A DNA stretch of 64,000 bases. It comes from the human T2T-CHM13v2.0 reference genome, Homo sapiens. The notes beneath the pieces are model-generated. The model did not search any database, had not been told where the DNA came from, and was given only the letters and a program-made list of their open reading frames with translations. Below are positions 26,942-39,161 of this stretch, in pieces. The stretch's first letter is position 1; each line of letters begins with the position of its first letter. The translations under genes and the position numbers were made by a program. The stretch lies in the NCBI RefSeq assembly GCF_009914755.1, contig NC_060926.1, one strand, 5' to 3'.

Positions 26942-27157
26942 GTAGGAATCAGCAAACTATTTCTCAGAAGAGGTAGATAGCAAATATTGTAGGCTTCATG
27001 GACCATACAGCCTCTAGCACAAGTCCTCAACTCCACTGTTGTAGCACAATAGCAACTGTACACAATACAAAAATGAATGGGAGTAACTGGGTTCACTTAA
27101 AGAAATAGGCAGTGGGCTGGATTTCATCTGCAGGTCAGAGTAGTTGCAAACTACTGA
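26942..27157 (-). mobile_element. MER58A
   Basis: TCAGCAAACTATTT...AAATATTGTAGGCTT...CTCAACTCCACTGTTGTAGCAC...GTGGGCTGGATTT. Confidence 0.8.
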
Positions 27158-27193
27158 TCCAGTAGTTTTACTTATTCTTGCATGAAATTATTT

Positions 27194-27446
27194 TGGAAGG
27201 AAGGAAGGAAGGAAAGAAGGAAAGAAGGGAGAAAAGAAGGACAGAAACAAAGAAGGAAGGAAGGGAGAAAGAAAGGAAGGAAGGAAGGAAGAAAGGAAAG
27301 AAGGAAGGAAAGAAGGAAGGAAGGGAGAAAGGAAAGAAAGGAAGGAAGGAAGAAAGGAAAGAAGGAAGGAAAGAAGGAAGGAAGGGAGAAAGGAAACAAG
27401 GAAGGAAGGGAGGAAAGAAGGAAGGAAGGAAGAAAGGAAGGAAGGG
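27194..27446 (+). repeat. Complex (GGAA)n/(GAAA)n polypurine repeat
   Basis: ~250 bp of nearly pure purine; explains the five low-complexity ORFs here. Confidence 0.97.
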
Positions 27447-27525
27447 GCACATTTTTGCCACATCCTATGAGAGGCTTGCACTTTTACCAGTTAGCTCATA
27501 ATTTTTTACCAAAATTATAGTTTTA

Positions 27526-30368
27526 AAGGAAACTACAGGCCAACACCCCAGATGAACATAGATGCAGGAATCCTCAACAGAATACTAGCAAACTGAATCT
27601 AACAGCACACCAAAAAGATAATTCACTACAATTAAGGGGGCTTTATTCCTGAAATGCAAGGATGGTTCAACATAGGCAAATCAAAAAATGTGAGTCACCG
27701 TATAGAATTAAAAGCAAAAAGCTATATGCTTATCTCAGTAGATGGAGAAAAAGCATTTGATAAAATCTAATATTACTTAATGATAAAAACCCTCAACAAA
27801 CCTGGCTTTGAAGGAATACACCTCAAAATAATAAGAGCTATCAATGACAAACCCACAGCCAAGATCATATACTGAATGGGCAAAAGTTGGAAGCATTCCC
27901 CTAATGAGTGGAACAAGAGAAGGTTGTTCATTCTCATCACTCCTATTCAGCATAGTACTGGAAGTGCTCACCACAGAAATCAGACGGGACAATGAACCAA
28001 AAGACATCCAAATAAGAAAAGAAGAAGTCAAATTATGTGTCTCTTTTCAGATGGTATGATACTAGACATAGAGCACTCAAGATTCTGACAAAATGCTTTT
28101 AGACCTGAGGACAAACAACTTCAGCAAAGTTTAAGGATACAAAATCAATGCACAAAAATTAGTAGCATTTCCATACACCAATAACATTCAAGCTGAGAAC
28201 CAATTTAAGACTGTAATTACATTTGCAACAGACACAAAAATAATAAAATACCTAAAAGTACATCTAACCAAGGAGGTGAAAGTTATCTTCGAAGACAATT
28301 ACAAAACACTTCTGAAGGAAATCATACATGACACAAGTAAGCAGAAAATCATTTCATGCTCATTGTTTGGAAGAATCAAGGTCATTAAAATGTCCATACT
28401 GTCCAAAGGAATCTCCAAATTTAACGCTATTCCTTTCAAATTATCAATGTCATTTTTTAACAGAATTAGAATAAAAATATTATTCTACAATTCACATGGA
28501 TTCAGGAAAGAGCCTGATATGGTTTGACTGTGTCTCCACTAAAATCTCATCTAGAATTGTAATCCCAATAATCTCCACATGTTGAGGAAGGGACCTGGTA
28601 GGAAATGACTGGATCATGCAGTGTTTTCTCCCATGCTGTTCTCATGATAGTGAACAAGTTTTCGTGAGATCTGGTGGTTTTATAAAGGGCTCTTCCCCCT
28701 TAGCTCCCACTCTCTTTCCTGCCACCTTGTGAAGAAGGTACTTGCTTCTCCTTTGCCTTCCACCATGATTGTAAGTTTCCTGAGGCTTCCCCAGCCATGC
28801 AGAACTGTAAGTCAATTAAACCTCTTGCCTTTATACATTACCCAGTCTCCGGTATTTCTTTATAGCAGTGTGAGAATGAACTAATGCAGAGCCTGAATAG
28901 CCAAAGCAGTCCTAAGCAAAAAGAACAAAGTCGGAGGCATCACTTTACCTGACTTCAAACTATACTACAAGGCAAAATATAGTACTGGTACAAAAATAGA
29001 CACATAGACCAATGCAACAAAATAGAGAACCCAGAAATAAAGCTGCCAACATACAGCCATCTGATCTTCAACAAAGTTGACAAAACTAAGCAATGGTGAA
29101 AGGAATCCCCATAGAATAAATAATGCTGGAATAACTGGCTAGCCATATGCAGAAGATTGAAAGTGAAACCTTTCCTTATACCAGATACAAAAATCAAATT
29201 AAGATAGATAAAATACTTGAATATAAACCCCAAACTATACAATCCCTGGAACACAACCTAGGCAACACCATTCTGGCCATTGACCTTGAGAAATAATATA
29301 TGACTAAGTCCTCAAAAGCAATTGCAACAGAAGCCAAAATGGACAAATGGCACCGTATTCAACTAAACAGCTTCTGCACAGCAAACAAAACTGTCAACAG
29401 AGTAAACAGACAACCTACAGAAAGGGAGAAAATACATAAACTATGCATCCAATGAAGGACTAATGCTCAGAATCTATAAGAAACTTAGACAAATCCACAA
29501 GAAAAATCAAATAACCACATTAAAAACTGGGCAAAGAAGATAAACAGACACTTTTCAAAAAAAGACACAGAAGTGGCTAACAAACATTATGAAAAAAATT
29601 CTCATCATCACTAATCATGAGAAAAATGCAAATCAAAACCACAACGAGATATCATCTCATACCAGTCAGAATGGCTATTACTAAAAAGAAAACAAAAAAA
29701 CAGAAAACAGATGTTGATGAGGTTGTAGAGAAAAGGAAACACTCATACACTGTTGATGGGAATGTAAATTAATTTAGCCCTAATGGAAAGCAGTTTGGTG
29801 ATTTCTCAAATACCTAAAAATGGAATTACCATTCGACTCAGCAATCCCATTGCTAAGTATATACCCAAATGAAAATAAATCATCGTACCACAAAGACACC
29901 TGCACTCGTATGTTTATTGCAGCACTATTCACAATAGCAAAGCCAAGGAATCAACCTAAGTGTCTATCAATGGTGGACTGGATGAAGAAAATGTGCTACA
30001 TATTATACCATGGAATGTCATGCAGCCATAAAAAGAACAAAATTATGTCCTTTGCAGCAACATAGATGCAGCTGGAAACCATAATCTTAAGTTAATTAAT
30101 GAAGTAACAGAAAACCAAATATCGCATGTTCCCATTTATGAGTGGAAGGAAAACTGTAGGTACAAAAACATAAAGTTGGGAACAATAGATACAGGGACTC
30201 CAAAAAGAGGGAATGAAGGGGAACAAGGGTTAAAAAAAAACCTACCTTTTGAGTACTGTGTTCACTTTTGGGTGATGGGATCAACAGAAGCCCAAATCTC
30301 AGCATCATGCAATATACTCAAGTAACAAACCTGCACAAGTACCTCCTGAATGTAAAAATTTTAAAAAA
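27526..30368 (+). mobile_element. 5'-truncated L1 (about L1PA16/17): degenerate ORF2 RT/C-terminal region and 3' UTR, interrupted by THE1D
   Basis: GAAACTACAGGCCAA...ATCCTCAAC; ORF fragments resemble ORF2p (NYKTLLKEI, MELPFDSAIPLLSIYP); 3' UTR AGAAGCCCAAATCTCAGCATC...GTAACAAACCTGCAC; many stops and frameshifts. Confidence 0.92.
28515..28888 (+). mobile_element. THE1D-like solo LTR nested in L1
   Basis: TGATATGGTTTG...CTAATGCA with perfect 5-bp TSD GAGCC (28510-14 and 28889-93). Confidence 0.9.
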
Positions 30369-31334
30369 CTGTAATTGTTTTAACTGCAATTTACTTAACG
30401 TATATTTAAATTTTCTTAAGAATTTTTTCAAATGACTTTCTAAAAATACTTTAAATATAACTTATAGGCAATTATGTTTCCTAAATTTGTTTAATTTTAG
30501 GACGACTTTTTTTCTTTTCTCCCCTTTAATTCTATAAAGCCACCACAGTGAAAACAAAGATTTTTCTAGCATTTAAATTAGTACTGGCATGTAGCAGGTG
30601 TTCAATAAATACTTGTTAAATGACTAAATACTTTGTCGATTGATAATGCATATATTAGTGCCTTCAATTAGAGATGAAGAAATGAGACACTTGAAGTAAA
30701 AATGAAGTGGTGAAGACCATACAGCTAATTACTATAATTTCCAGAGTCTTAGTCCTTAAATCCCCCGACTGTATTACACTGATTCCCTCTCTTGAATGTA
30801 ATATGCATCAAAGGCAGATATATGAAGAAAAGATGGAAGGTAAGAGGAAGACAGAGCTACATATCCTTTTTCATAGGCCAGACATAATGTGAGGAGTGAA
30901 GGGGAAAAAGGGGCTCACTCTCCTGAGCAGAGGAAAGGTTGTATCAGGGGAAGCTTGCGTACTTTTATCCCTCACACCTAATTTTATCCTCTGCAATGCA
31001 TGTTGCTTCATATGCTAAATAGAATGACGCACGTTGACAACTGAGACCAAGAAAGAGGACAAAACTTAAAGGCTATAAATCTATATTTTGAATATAAAAG
31101 AGTCTACATGAAACCGAAGGAATGCTAGGATAAAACAGATGCCATGAAAAACGTGATGTACATTATACTGGTAGATTTTTAAAAAATGATAACATATTTT
31201 CAATGCAGTTTTCAAAAGGAAAGATTGCATGGAGTAAATTTTCTTTTCACTAGGTAATTAGATATGCATCTGTTTGGTATCACTAAAATATATATTTTAA
31301 ATATAAAGTCTCCACCACGCATTGCTGGAGGTGG

Positions 31335-31590
31335 CAACATAGAGTGGTGGTTGAGAACCTGGCTTAAGAGTCAGAAGTGCATAGGTCCACAATTTATGAG
31401 TTCACAGATCTTGGGGGTAAAAAAACAAAAACAAAAACACACTCCAAGTTGGTATTTTCAATCATAAAATTGGCATAATAATAGAATCTGTTCTATAAGA
31501 CTGCTATAAAGATTACATGACTTAATACATTTAATGAGTTTAATACACTACGTGGTACAGTGTAAGTTCTTACTAAACATTAGATATCCA
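31335..31590 (+). mobile_element. MIR SINE
   Basis: CATAGAGTGGTGGTTGAGAAC...ATAAAATTGGCATAATAATAG...TGGTACAGTGTAAG. Confidence 0.7.
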
Positions 31591-32225
31591 CATTTGGAAC
31601 ATCAAATATAAACTTAAATGCTGAAATAGCAAGTTAACCACAATAAAACTCATAAATGGATTGTTGACCTTTAAAACACTTTTATTGTCACATGCAGAGA
31701 ACAAGGAGTAAAGAAGAATTGGTAGGGATGGAATTATGAGCCAGGAATTCAAGTTAGTGTAGAAATAAAATAATTTATAGTGCCACCGTGTTTGTATTCT
31801 CTTGATTTATCATTTATTGAGCATGAGAAATGATTTCATTTTGGCCTCCATAACTCATGATTTCAATATTCTTTTCAGGCATTTGACTCTACAAGTTGTT
31901 TAATAGAATAAAAATATAGACCTTGCTCAGGGAACATGATCTAAATTTCAAAGTAAAGAAGATGTTTTAAAAAGTTAGTTGGTGAGAGTATAGACAGAAA
32001 ATTTAACAGTGCATATCACACAATCTCATAAAATACCTCTGAGTCAGAGAAAATTCAAGCAGGTGTGAAACCCTGATATAAAGCATTTGCAATTCCAATT
32101 TTTAGATGTTCTACCAGAGAAATGAAATCCTCCATGGACACAGTGGCTATAGTGGATGTCTCCTATTATTCCCTGGAATATCTAGAACAGAAGAGTCCGT
32201 TTACTCAAACTCCTTTATTAATACT

Positions 32226-32385
32226 TAACATGAGTCACTCACTCTGCTACCCAGAGAGGGCCATAAAGACTGGGACAGAGTCCTTAATGTCTAGCTGAAC
32301 ACACCCAGGTAGGAAAAATATATCCTCATTCTTATTAGATTTCTCTTCTCATGTTCAAAATCTATGATCAAATTTTCCTAGGCTT
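32226..32385 (+). repeat. Local diverged direct repeat, copy 1 (partner 35910-36069)
   Basis: Collinear shared blocks TAACATGAGTCA, TCCTTAATGTCT, AGATTTCT, TTCTCATG, AAATCTATGATCAA. Confidence 0.9.
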
Positions 32386-32399
32386 TTTGTGTTGCTCAG

Positions 32400-32760
32400 T
32401 ACCCATGAATGAATCATGTTCTCTCTTGCTTTTGAGTCTTTGTTTATGTTTTGGCTTTGTCTGGTATATACCCCCTCCATCATCACTGTTCTCATTTTCC
32501 TGGTGAACTCTGCTTAGTTTGACTCTGCTTAAACGTTATTCCTTCATGTAAGCCTTTCCTTACCATATCCCACATTATTTCAGCTGCTATTGAAGAGTCC
32601 ATATTTCCTCTAAAACAATGTTTATCACATTTCCTTGGATAATTATACATTAACTTTTCCCTTGCTGCTGGCTATTGTGCCCTACGAGACAAGAACCACG
32701 CATGCTGCGGTTTAGCGTAAGAGAATGGATTCAGTAACTATCTGTTGAATGAATGAAAAA
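32400..32760 (+). mobile_element. L2 3' fragment
   Basis: Pyrimidine-rich body ending TCAGTAACTATCTGTTGAATGAATGAA. Confidence 0.6.
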
Positions 32761-33348
32761 ATTAATGCCCTTGCAATTTAGGTTAAATGCCGAGAGACTT
32801 CTATGGTAAAATAATTTCTTTTTGGGGAAAACTAGGAAGTTTATATTGAGTAGTGACCTTTTAATATGAGTGTTTTAGGCATGGATGGGAGTTTCTCAAT
32901 TTGGGTAAAGGAGAAGGGCATTTATGGGAAGAAAGAAAGCATTTGTAAAAACAAAACTGTGTGACCAGTTTCACTTGGAAAGGTCCCTGTAAGAATAAAA
33001 GTCTGTGAAAGGCATTGTAAGGGGCTTAATAGAATATACAAAGGCATTGGGATCAAGATGGATGAAGTAATACAGTATCACAGAATTTCAATGTCAGTTA
33101 GTGGGTGTATCAGAGACTTAAAAACATTTAAGTTAAATAAATTTGGGTAAGTTTTATTACTGCACAATTTCTCAGAGCCTTTTGCTATACCAATGTGCTA
33201 TACCAATGTACTATACCAATACACTCTGCTATGAAGTTATAGTATGTAGAAAGTATTTTAAATATGTTTGCTTATAGAGCACTCTTTCCTGGAGCATCAT
33301 GAATGATTGATGTACGTAGAACAAATGTTAGAAGTCAATAGTATACGT

Positions 33349-33570
33349 CAGTGGTTTTCAACCAGGGTGGTTTTACCCTGAGAGGATATTTGGCAATGGC
33401 TGGAGATATTTTGGGTTATTACAACTGTGCAGGTCAGGAATTTTTATTCATTACTAGTGAGTAGAGGCCAGGAATATAATTAACATCCTCCAATACATAA
33501 GAGACAGCTTCTACAACAAATAATTATCTGCCCCAAACTATCAATAGTGGCAAACCTGAGAAGCCCTACT
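33349..33570 (+). mobile_element. MER20 (hAT-Charlie)
   Basis: CAGTGGTTTTCAACC...TTTGGCAATGGCTGGAGATATTTT...GTAGAGGCCAGG...AATTATCTGCCCCAAA...TGAGAAGCCCT. Confidence 0.88.
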
Positions 33571-33869
33571 GTAGTGTAAAGAGCAACAGCTGTGGATACA
33601 GATGGGGCTTAAAGTCTCCAGTTTGCCAATTCATAACTGTTAGATCTTAAACAAATTTTTTAATATCTAGAACACAGATTCTTCATGGGAAAATAGAAAT
33701 AAAATTACTTAATTTGGAGAATAAAGTTATTTTTTCAAAGACAATATATACACAATTGTATAATAAAATATCTTCCAGAGAACAGTCATTTAATAAATTA
33801 AAACTGTCAAAGCTAGATGGTGTAGGTTGTTTTGTTTGTTTGATTTTCCTCTATACCCAGGAAATGTAA

Positions 33870-34314
33870 TGTTTCTGCTTCTAATATAAAAGCAGAGTTG
33901 TCTACTGCAAAAGCGGCTACTCTGTAAATACATCAGTGGTATGTTCCCCAGGCAGGTTCTATGCCTGGGGACTCTATGCCATGAACTACAATTAGAATCC
34001 TGAGACTAAGTAGATTATCCAAACTGGGCCATAAGCACCTCTCTCAAGGATTCCAAACCTGGCATAATGATACTCTTTAGCTTTTGTCAAAAGACTGTGA
34101 TAAAGTGGTTCTAGTTATGACTAAAGCTCTTTTGCAGTAAGACAGTTTGAAGTTGGTATTAAGAGGAAAGCAAATTAATTCACTATATCCAGTCATCATT
34201 GAAGCCACTTCCCCCAGGTCGTTTGAGGTAAGTAGAAACATTTCAACCTCTATTTTACTTTAGCTAGCTCATTGAGTTTCTGTCACTTGCAACCAAAAGA
34301 GCTCTACAGACACA
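33870..34314 (+). mobile_element. Old MLT1 LTR
   Basis: 3' end TTGAGTTTCTGTCACTTGCAACCAAAAGAG. Confidence 0.6.
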
Positions 34315-34764
34315 GGTAAAGATATTTTTTTCCGTAGAAAATGGAAAGCTCTCATACTTTTTAACACATGCTACAAAACAGTTCTCCTAGGTAACTTGCT
34401 TGGTCTTGTCATAAAATAGATTTTTCCATGGAAAACATATTTTAATGTTTCACAGAAAACAGAACAAATTTTATTATTGAATTAAAACATTAGGATTTCT
34501 CAAACCCCAAATTAATTTTTGGATTTTATTTTATGTATATTAACTCTTGAAGACTAGTTGCTCTGAACTAGTAGTAATCAGTATCTTGTATTCTGCATTG
34601 TACTTTTAAAATTTGGTTTTTAATTTTAGTCATATCTGGCTATTTGTACTTGGGTAACCTGTACTAAATTTTCCAAAAAATATTTTTAAAAGGCAAAGGA
34701 TATCAATTATTATAGTTATTATATAATCTAAAATCACTAAAGAATCTCCAGCTGCATTTAGCAG

Positions 34765-35060
34765 TTTTATTCATTCATTAAGTACTTGTTTATGAAGCAC
34801 CTACTCTGTCATTTACTGTTGTGAAAAGCTGATATGTTTATATTAACAGTGGTGATATATAATAATCAAGACAAAACCTTTGTAGTTTGTGCTATAAGGT
34901 AAATAGATAAGAGATTGTGATATAAATATGCAGGTGGTCAGGGACAGCTTCTCTGAAGAAAAATTAAGCTGCTATCTAAAAGCAAAGAAAAAGCTACACA
35001 AGTAAGATTGTTGGAAGAGCATTCCAGGAAATTGGAATACTTAGTACTAATGTCCTCAGG
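34765..35060 (-). mobile_element. L2 3' end
   Basis: TTATTCATTCATT...GCACCTACTCTGT...GGTCAGGGACAGCTTCTCTGAAGA. Confidence 0.75.
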
Positions 35061-35229
35061 GAATTAGATTATTGCAGTGGAGAAATAGAACGAAGGATAC
35101 GATGGCTTTAAAGAGAATAAAAGATCTGGAAAAAAATAAATAGATCAATATTAAAAGCTGTGAAATTCTGGCCTCTGATTTGTGCTTATAGAAGTGTGTA
35201 AAACAAACAAAAAAGGAATCAACAGATAC

Positions 35230-37395
35230 ATGAGGTAAACAGGGCCTAGAATTCCATAACATAATATTAACATATTCAAGAAACAAGTCAAAAGAACATG
35301 AAAAATAACAATGAAAATCTTATTTCATAATAAAACACACAATTAGCATATACCAATTAATTCTGAGATGGTACAGGTGTTGAAATTATCTGACAAAGAC
35401 TATAAACAGCCATTACAATGATGCTTTAGGAAGAAGGGTAAACACTCTTGAAATAAAGACACAGCAAGTTCAAGCAGAAAATATAAAGAATAGCTAAATG
35501 GAAATTTTAGAACTAAAAACAATAGTGTGACCTTCATAGAATAATGGAATTCATGCAGGAAAAAATTCAATGAAACTGAAGATATGTAATAAAATTACTC
35601 AGTCAGAACAATAACAACAAAAAAGATCAGGGGAAAATGAACATATCAAGCCTTACGAACCTTTAGGTCAATACCAAAAGTTTAACATTTGTGTTATTGT
35701 AGTACCAGAAGAAAGATTATGATATGGAAAAAAAAGCTAAACAAATAATGACTGAAAACTTCCAAAATTTGGTGAAAGTGATAAACTTACAAATTTAAGA
35801 AGCTCAGTGAATCAAAAATAGGATAAAAGCAAATAAGTCTATGCTGAGTTATATCCCAATCAAACCGCTGAAAACTAAAGAGAGTAAATTGTAGAGTAAC
35901 CGGAGTTACTAACATGAGTCAGTCTCTCTGCGACCCACAGAGACAGACATGAAGACTAGGATACAATCCTTAATGTCTCGATGAACATACCTGGGGGTAA
36001 ATTATGTCCCAATCCTTACCAGATTTCTTTTCTCATGCCCCAAATCTATGATCAATTCTTTCCAGACTTGAATAATTATATAAATAGATAGGGAAATAAT
36101 TATATAAATAGTTATTGATAATATAATAATCAATAACTAAAATAATACTGTAATTAATTATACAAATACCTAAAATAATTATATAAATAGTAAAACACTC
36201 AATAAAAATTCAGTAAAATTATAAAAGTATACAAATAGTTTAAAAGAATAAAAGAGCAAGGAATGAACAGAAAAAAATGAATAAAGATAAAACAATAAAA
36301 TGGCAGACCTAACAAACACATCAACAATCATATTAAATATAAATGGTGTAATCACAATAATTAAAAAGAAAAAGGGAATGTCAAACTCTATTTTTAAAAT
36401 TGGTAAACGGGATTTTATCAAAGCTCAAAATTTATGCTCTGAGAAATGCAGGAGTAGGAGAAGGAAAAGGCAAGCCAAAGTGTGGAAAAAATATTTTCAA
36501 ATCACACACCTTAAAAAGAACTTTTGTGAAGAATATATAAAGAATTCTAAAAACTCAACAGTAAGAAACAAACAGTCCAACAGGAAAAAATAGACAAAAT
36601 ATTAGAAAAGACAACTCATTGAAGGAGATATACAGATGGTTAATAGGCATATTTAAAGATGTCTAATCTTCTTTGTCATTAGGATAATGCAAACTAAAAC
36701 TATAATGACATACTACTGTTATACATGTAGTAGGATGAAACAACAACAATCACCTCCTGACTTGCTGGTAAGAATTTCCAGCAATTGCAACCCTCATGCA
36801 TTGCAGGTGGGAATGCAAAATGATAAGAGTTACTCTGAAAACCATTTGGAAGTTTTTTTTAAAGTTAAATATACATTCACCATATGAATTTGTGATCTCA
36901 CTGTCAGATATTTACCCCTGAGGAAAAACATATATATATATGTGTGTGTATATATATATATACACAGACACACACATATTCAAAGAAAAAATATATATAT
37001 TCAAAGAAAACTTGTACATGATGTTTATAGCAGTTATATTTAAAATCATAAACATTGAAAACAGTCCAAATACCCTTTCTGACTGAATGGATAAAACAAA
37101 CTAGTATTTTTTATAATAGAATACTACTTATAAAAAAAAGAATAAATAAACTATAGGTACTTGCGTCACCCTTATGAATAAAAGGAGGTACTATGGTGAG
37201 TAAAATAAGCCATTCTCAAAAGTTTGCATAATGTATGATTCCGTTATATGGCATTCTGGGAATGGTAAAATATAGGAACAAAGAACAGATTAGTACTTTG
37301 CCTAATCTAGGGACAAGTTGATACAATAATAGGCATGGGGCAGAGTTTAACCACAAAAAGTGGTACTTGGTGAGGTGATGGAACTGCCATATCTC
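35230..37395 (+). mobile_element. Old L1M (L1MC/MD-like): ORF1 remnant, insertion scar, ORF2 mostly deleted, 3' UTR
   Basis: ORF1-like AAATAATGACTGAAAACTTCCAAAATTTGGTGAAAG...AAGAAGCTCAGTGAA; ORF2 start ATGGCAGACCTAAC...AAATATAAATGG; 3' UTR GTATGATTCCGTTATATGGCATTCTGG. Confidence 0.8.
35910..36069 (+). repeat. Local diverged direct repeat, copy 2 (partner 32226-32385), embedded in L1
   Basis: Same collinear blocks as copy 1; roughly 75-80% identity by eye. Confidence 0.9.
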
Positions 37396-38034
37396 CCAAT
37401 TATACCCAAATAAAAAAGGGGAAAATTCACAATAAGATAATTCATAGAAAACTAAATTAGAAATGGCTGATATATGATCAATGTTTCATCTCACTATCAA
37501 TTAAATATAAATTTAAAAGGTATATTTGCCAAAACAATGACGGATAGAAATGTATATGTGCAAGTACTTGTGTACACATGTGTGTGCTGGGGGGGTCTAT
37601 GTACTTACATGGGGACATGGACACTGGAATGTGGAAAAAGAGACATTCATATATTCATATAACTGTCAGCAGGAATTTTACATTGGTACAATATTCCTTA
37701 AAGTTTTTCAAAAATTTGTAGAACTCTACCTCTAGAAATAAAATAAGAAAATAATCATGGATATAGACAAAAATGTAGCGATGAGGTTTTTAATTGCAAA
37801 ATTAATTTTAACATTGTTTAATTCCATGAAATTTAACTAAGAATAGGGGTTTCATTAAGTAATAATAATATAAGAAGCCCTTGAAATAATGCCAAAAATC
37901 ATTACTTAAGTGAAAATAATCACAATAGATTGATTTTAAAAAAAAGTTACAGAATAAAAGGATGGCTTGAAAATTTTGGGAATTAATATTTATATTTCTT
38001 TAATATGCACTACTCAAAACATGAAAATTTATGT

Positions 38035-38495
38035 GTGTGATGCGACATATTCTCCATTCTCTCCCACAGATGCACTCTGCACTCCCTCTTCCCTGCCCTG
38101 GGACAGCATCGATCAACTCTCTGGCACTCCAGCTCTCAACTGGTTTGGCCAATATAGGGTGGCCAAAGAAGCAAAGAAGCAATTAAAATGTTTATTCCTC
38201 AATTCTCTCTCTACTGTCTCTGATTTGATAACACTTACACGCCTTGACAAAAGACCGTAACTCCTATCAAGTGGCTAAACCTTAAAGCGATAGTTTTGAC
38301 AGACTTCCCGTCACTACGGCCTCCTGTTCAGACCCAGGAGCTGTGATAGCTTCACACTGGTTCAATCCTAGGGGTTTTCAATATCCCTTGTCATTGTGTC
38401 TCTCTGCCTTTGTAAGTAGCACCTTTGTAAATCTTTCTTTAATCACTTCATTTAAATTAATAGCTATTTCTAGCCAGGATCCTGAAAAATACTTA
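38035..38495 (+). mobile_element. LTR33-like ERVL LTR
   Basis: CTGGTTTGGCCAAT...CCTTTGTAAAT...TTTCTAGCCAGGATCCTGAAAAATAC. Confidence 0.55.
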
Positions 38496-38659
38496 CAGAA
38501 ATGTATTAGCAGAATATTTGGAGTACTATTGGACTATTTATTTATATCATACTCTTATTTGGAACATTGTGTATAATATTATTAATAAACTGTAGAACAC
38601 TATATTACAGTATTAAGTGGACTCATCACAAAATAAAAAATACATAATTTACCAAAATA

Positions 38660-38915
38660 ATATTTCTCAAATTATCTGTAGTGACAGATTAGTTGTGTTT
38701 TTTAAATAAATCATGGATATACAGTTTTATAAAATATAATAAAAATGAATTGCAAAAAATAAAGTTTTAAAAATATACAAGTCTTCATTTTTCATATTCA
38801 AATTCCACAGACATAAAATTACTCTGTTAAATTGCTATAAAAGTTTCTAAACTTGATTTTTATTGTGTTCATGAACCTGTATCACTTTGCAGCCCATATT
38901 CTTGGTAGCTCTGGT
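38660..38915 (-). mobile_element. Charlie18a-like hAT element
   Basis: ACAGACATAAAATTACTCTGTTAAATTGCTATAAAAGTTTCTAAAC matches the reverse complement of the Charlie18a consensus. Confidence 0.7.
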
Positions 38916-39130
38916 CTAAAATATGAACACATAAATCATCAAATAATATGGCACATATATATCTGTATCTACATCATCTATTTCTTTATATATCTACTTA
39001 TATCTATCTAAGCATGTACATAATTAATGATGCTTGAACCGTGTCATATTACATAATTGGGTGCTCAATAAATATTTGTTGAACATAAAAATGCTCAAAC
39101 TTGAAAAAAACCAAACAATTAACAAAACAC

Positions 39131-39134
<4 letters not shown>

Positions 39135-39161
<27 letters not shown>
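39135..39161 (+). repeat. (CA)n microsatellite
   Basis: Direct read. Confidence 0.95.

Noticed and set aside
27168-27520. Five K/E/G/R- or F/L/P/S-rich ORFs
   Set aside because: Translations of the GGAA repeat.
27844-30065. ORF2p-like peptides as a functional reverse transcriptase
   Set aside because: 5'-truncated, frameshifted and interrupted by an LTR.
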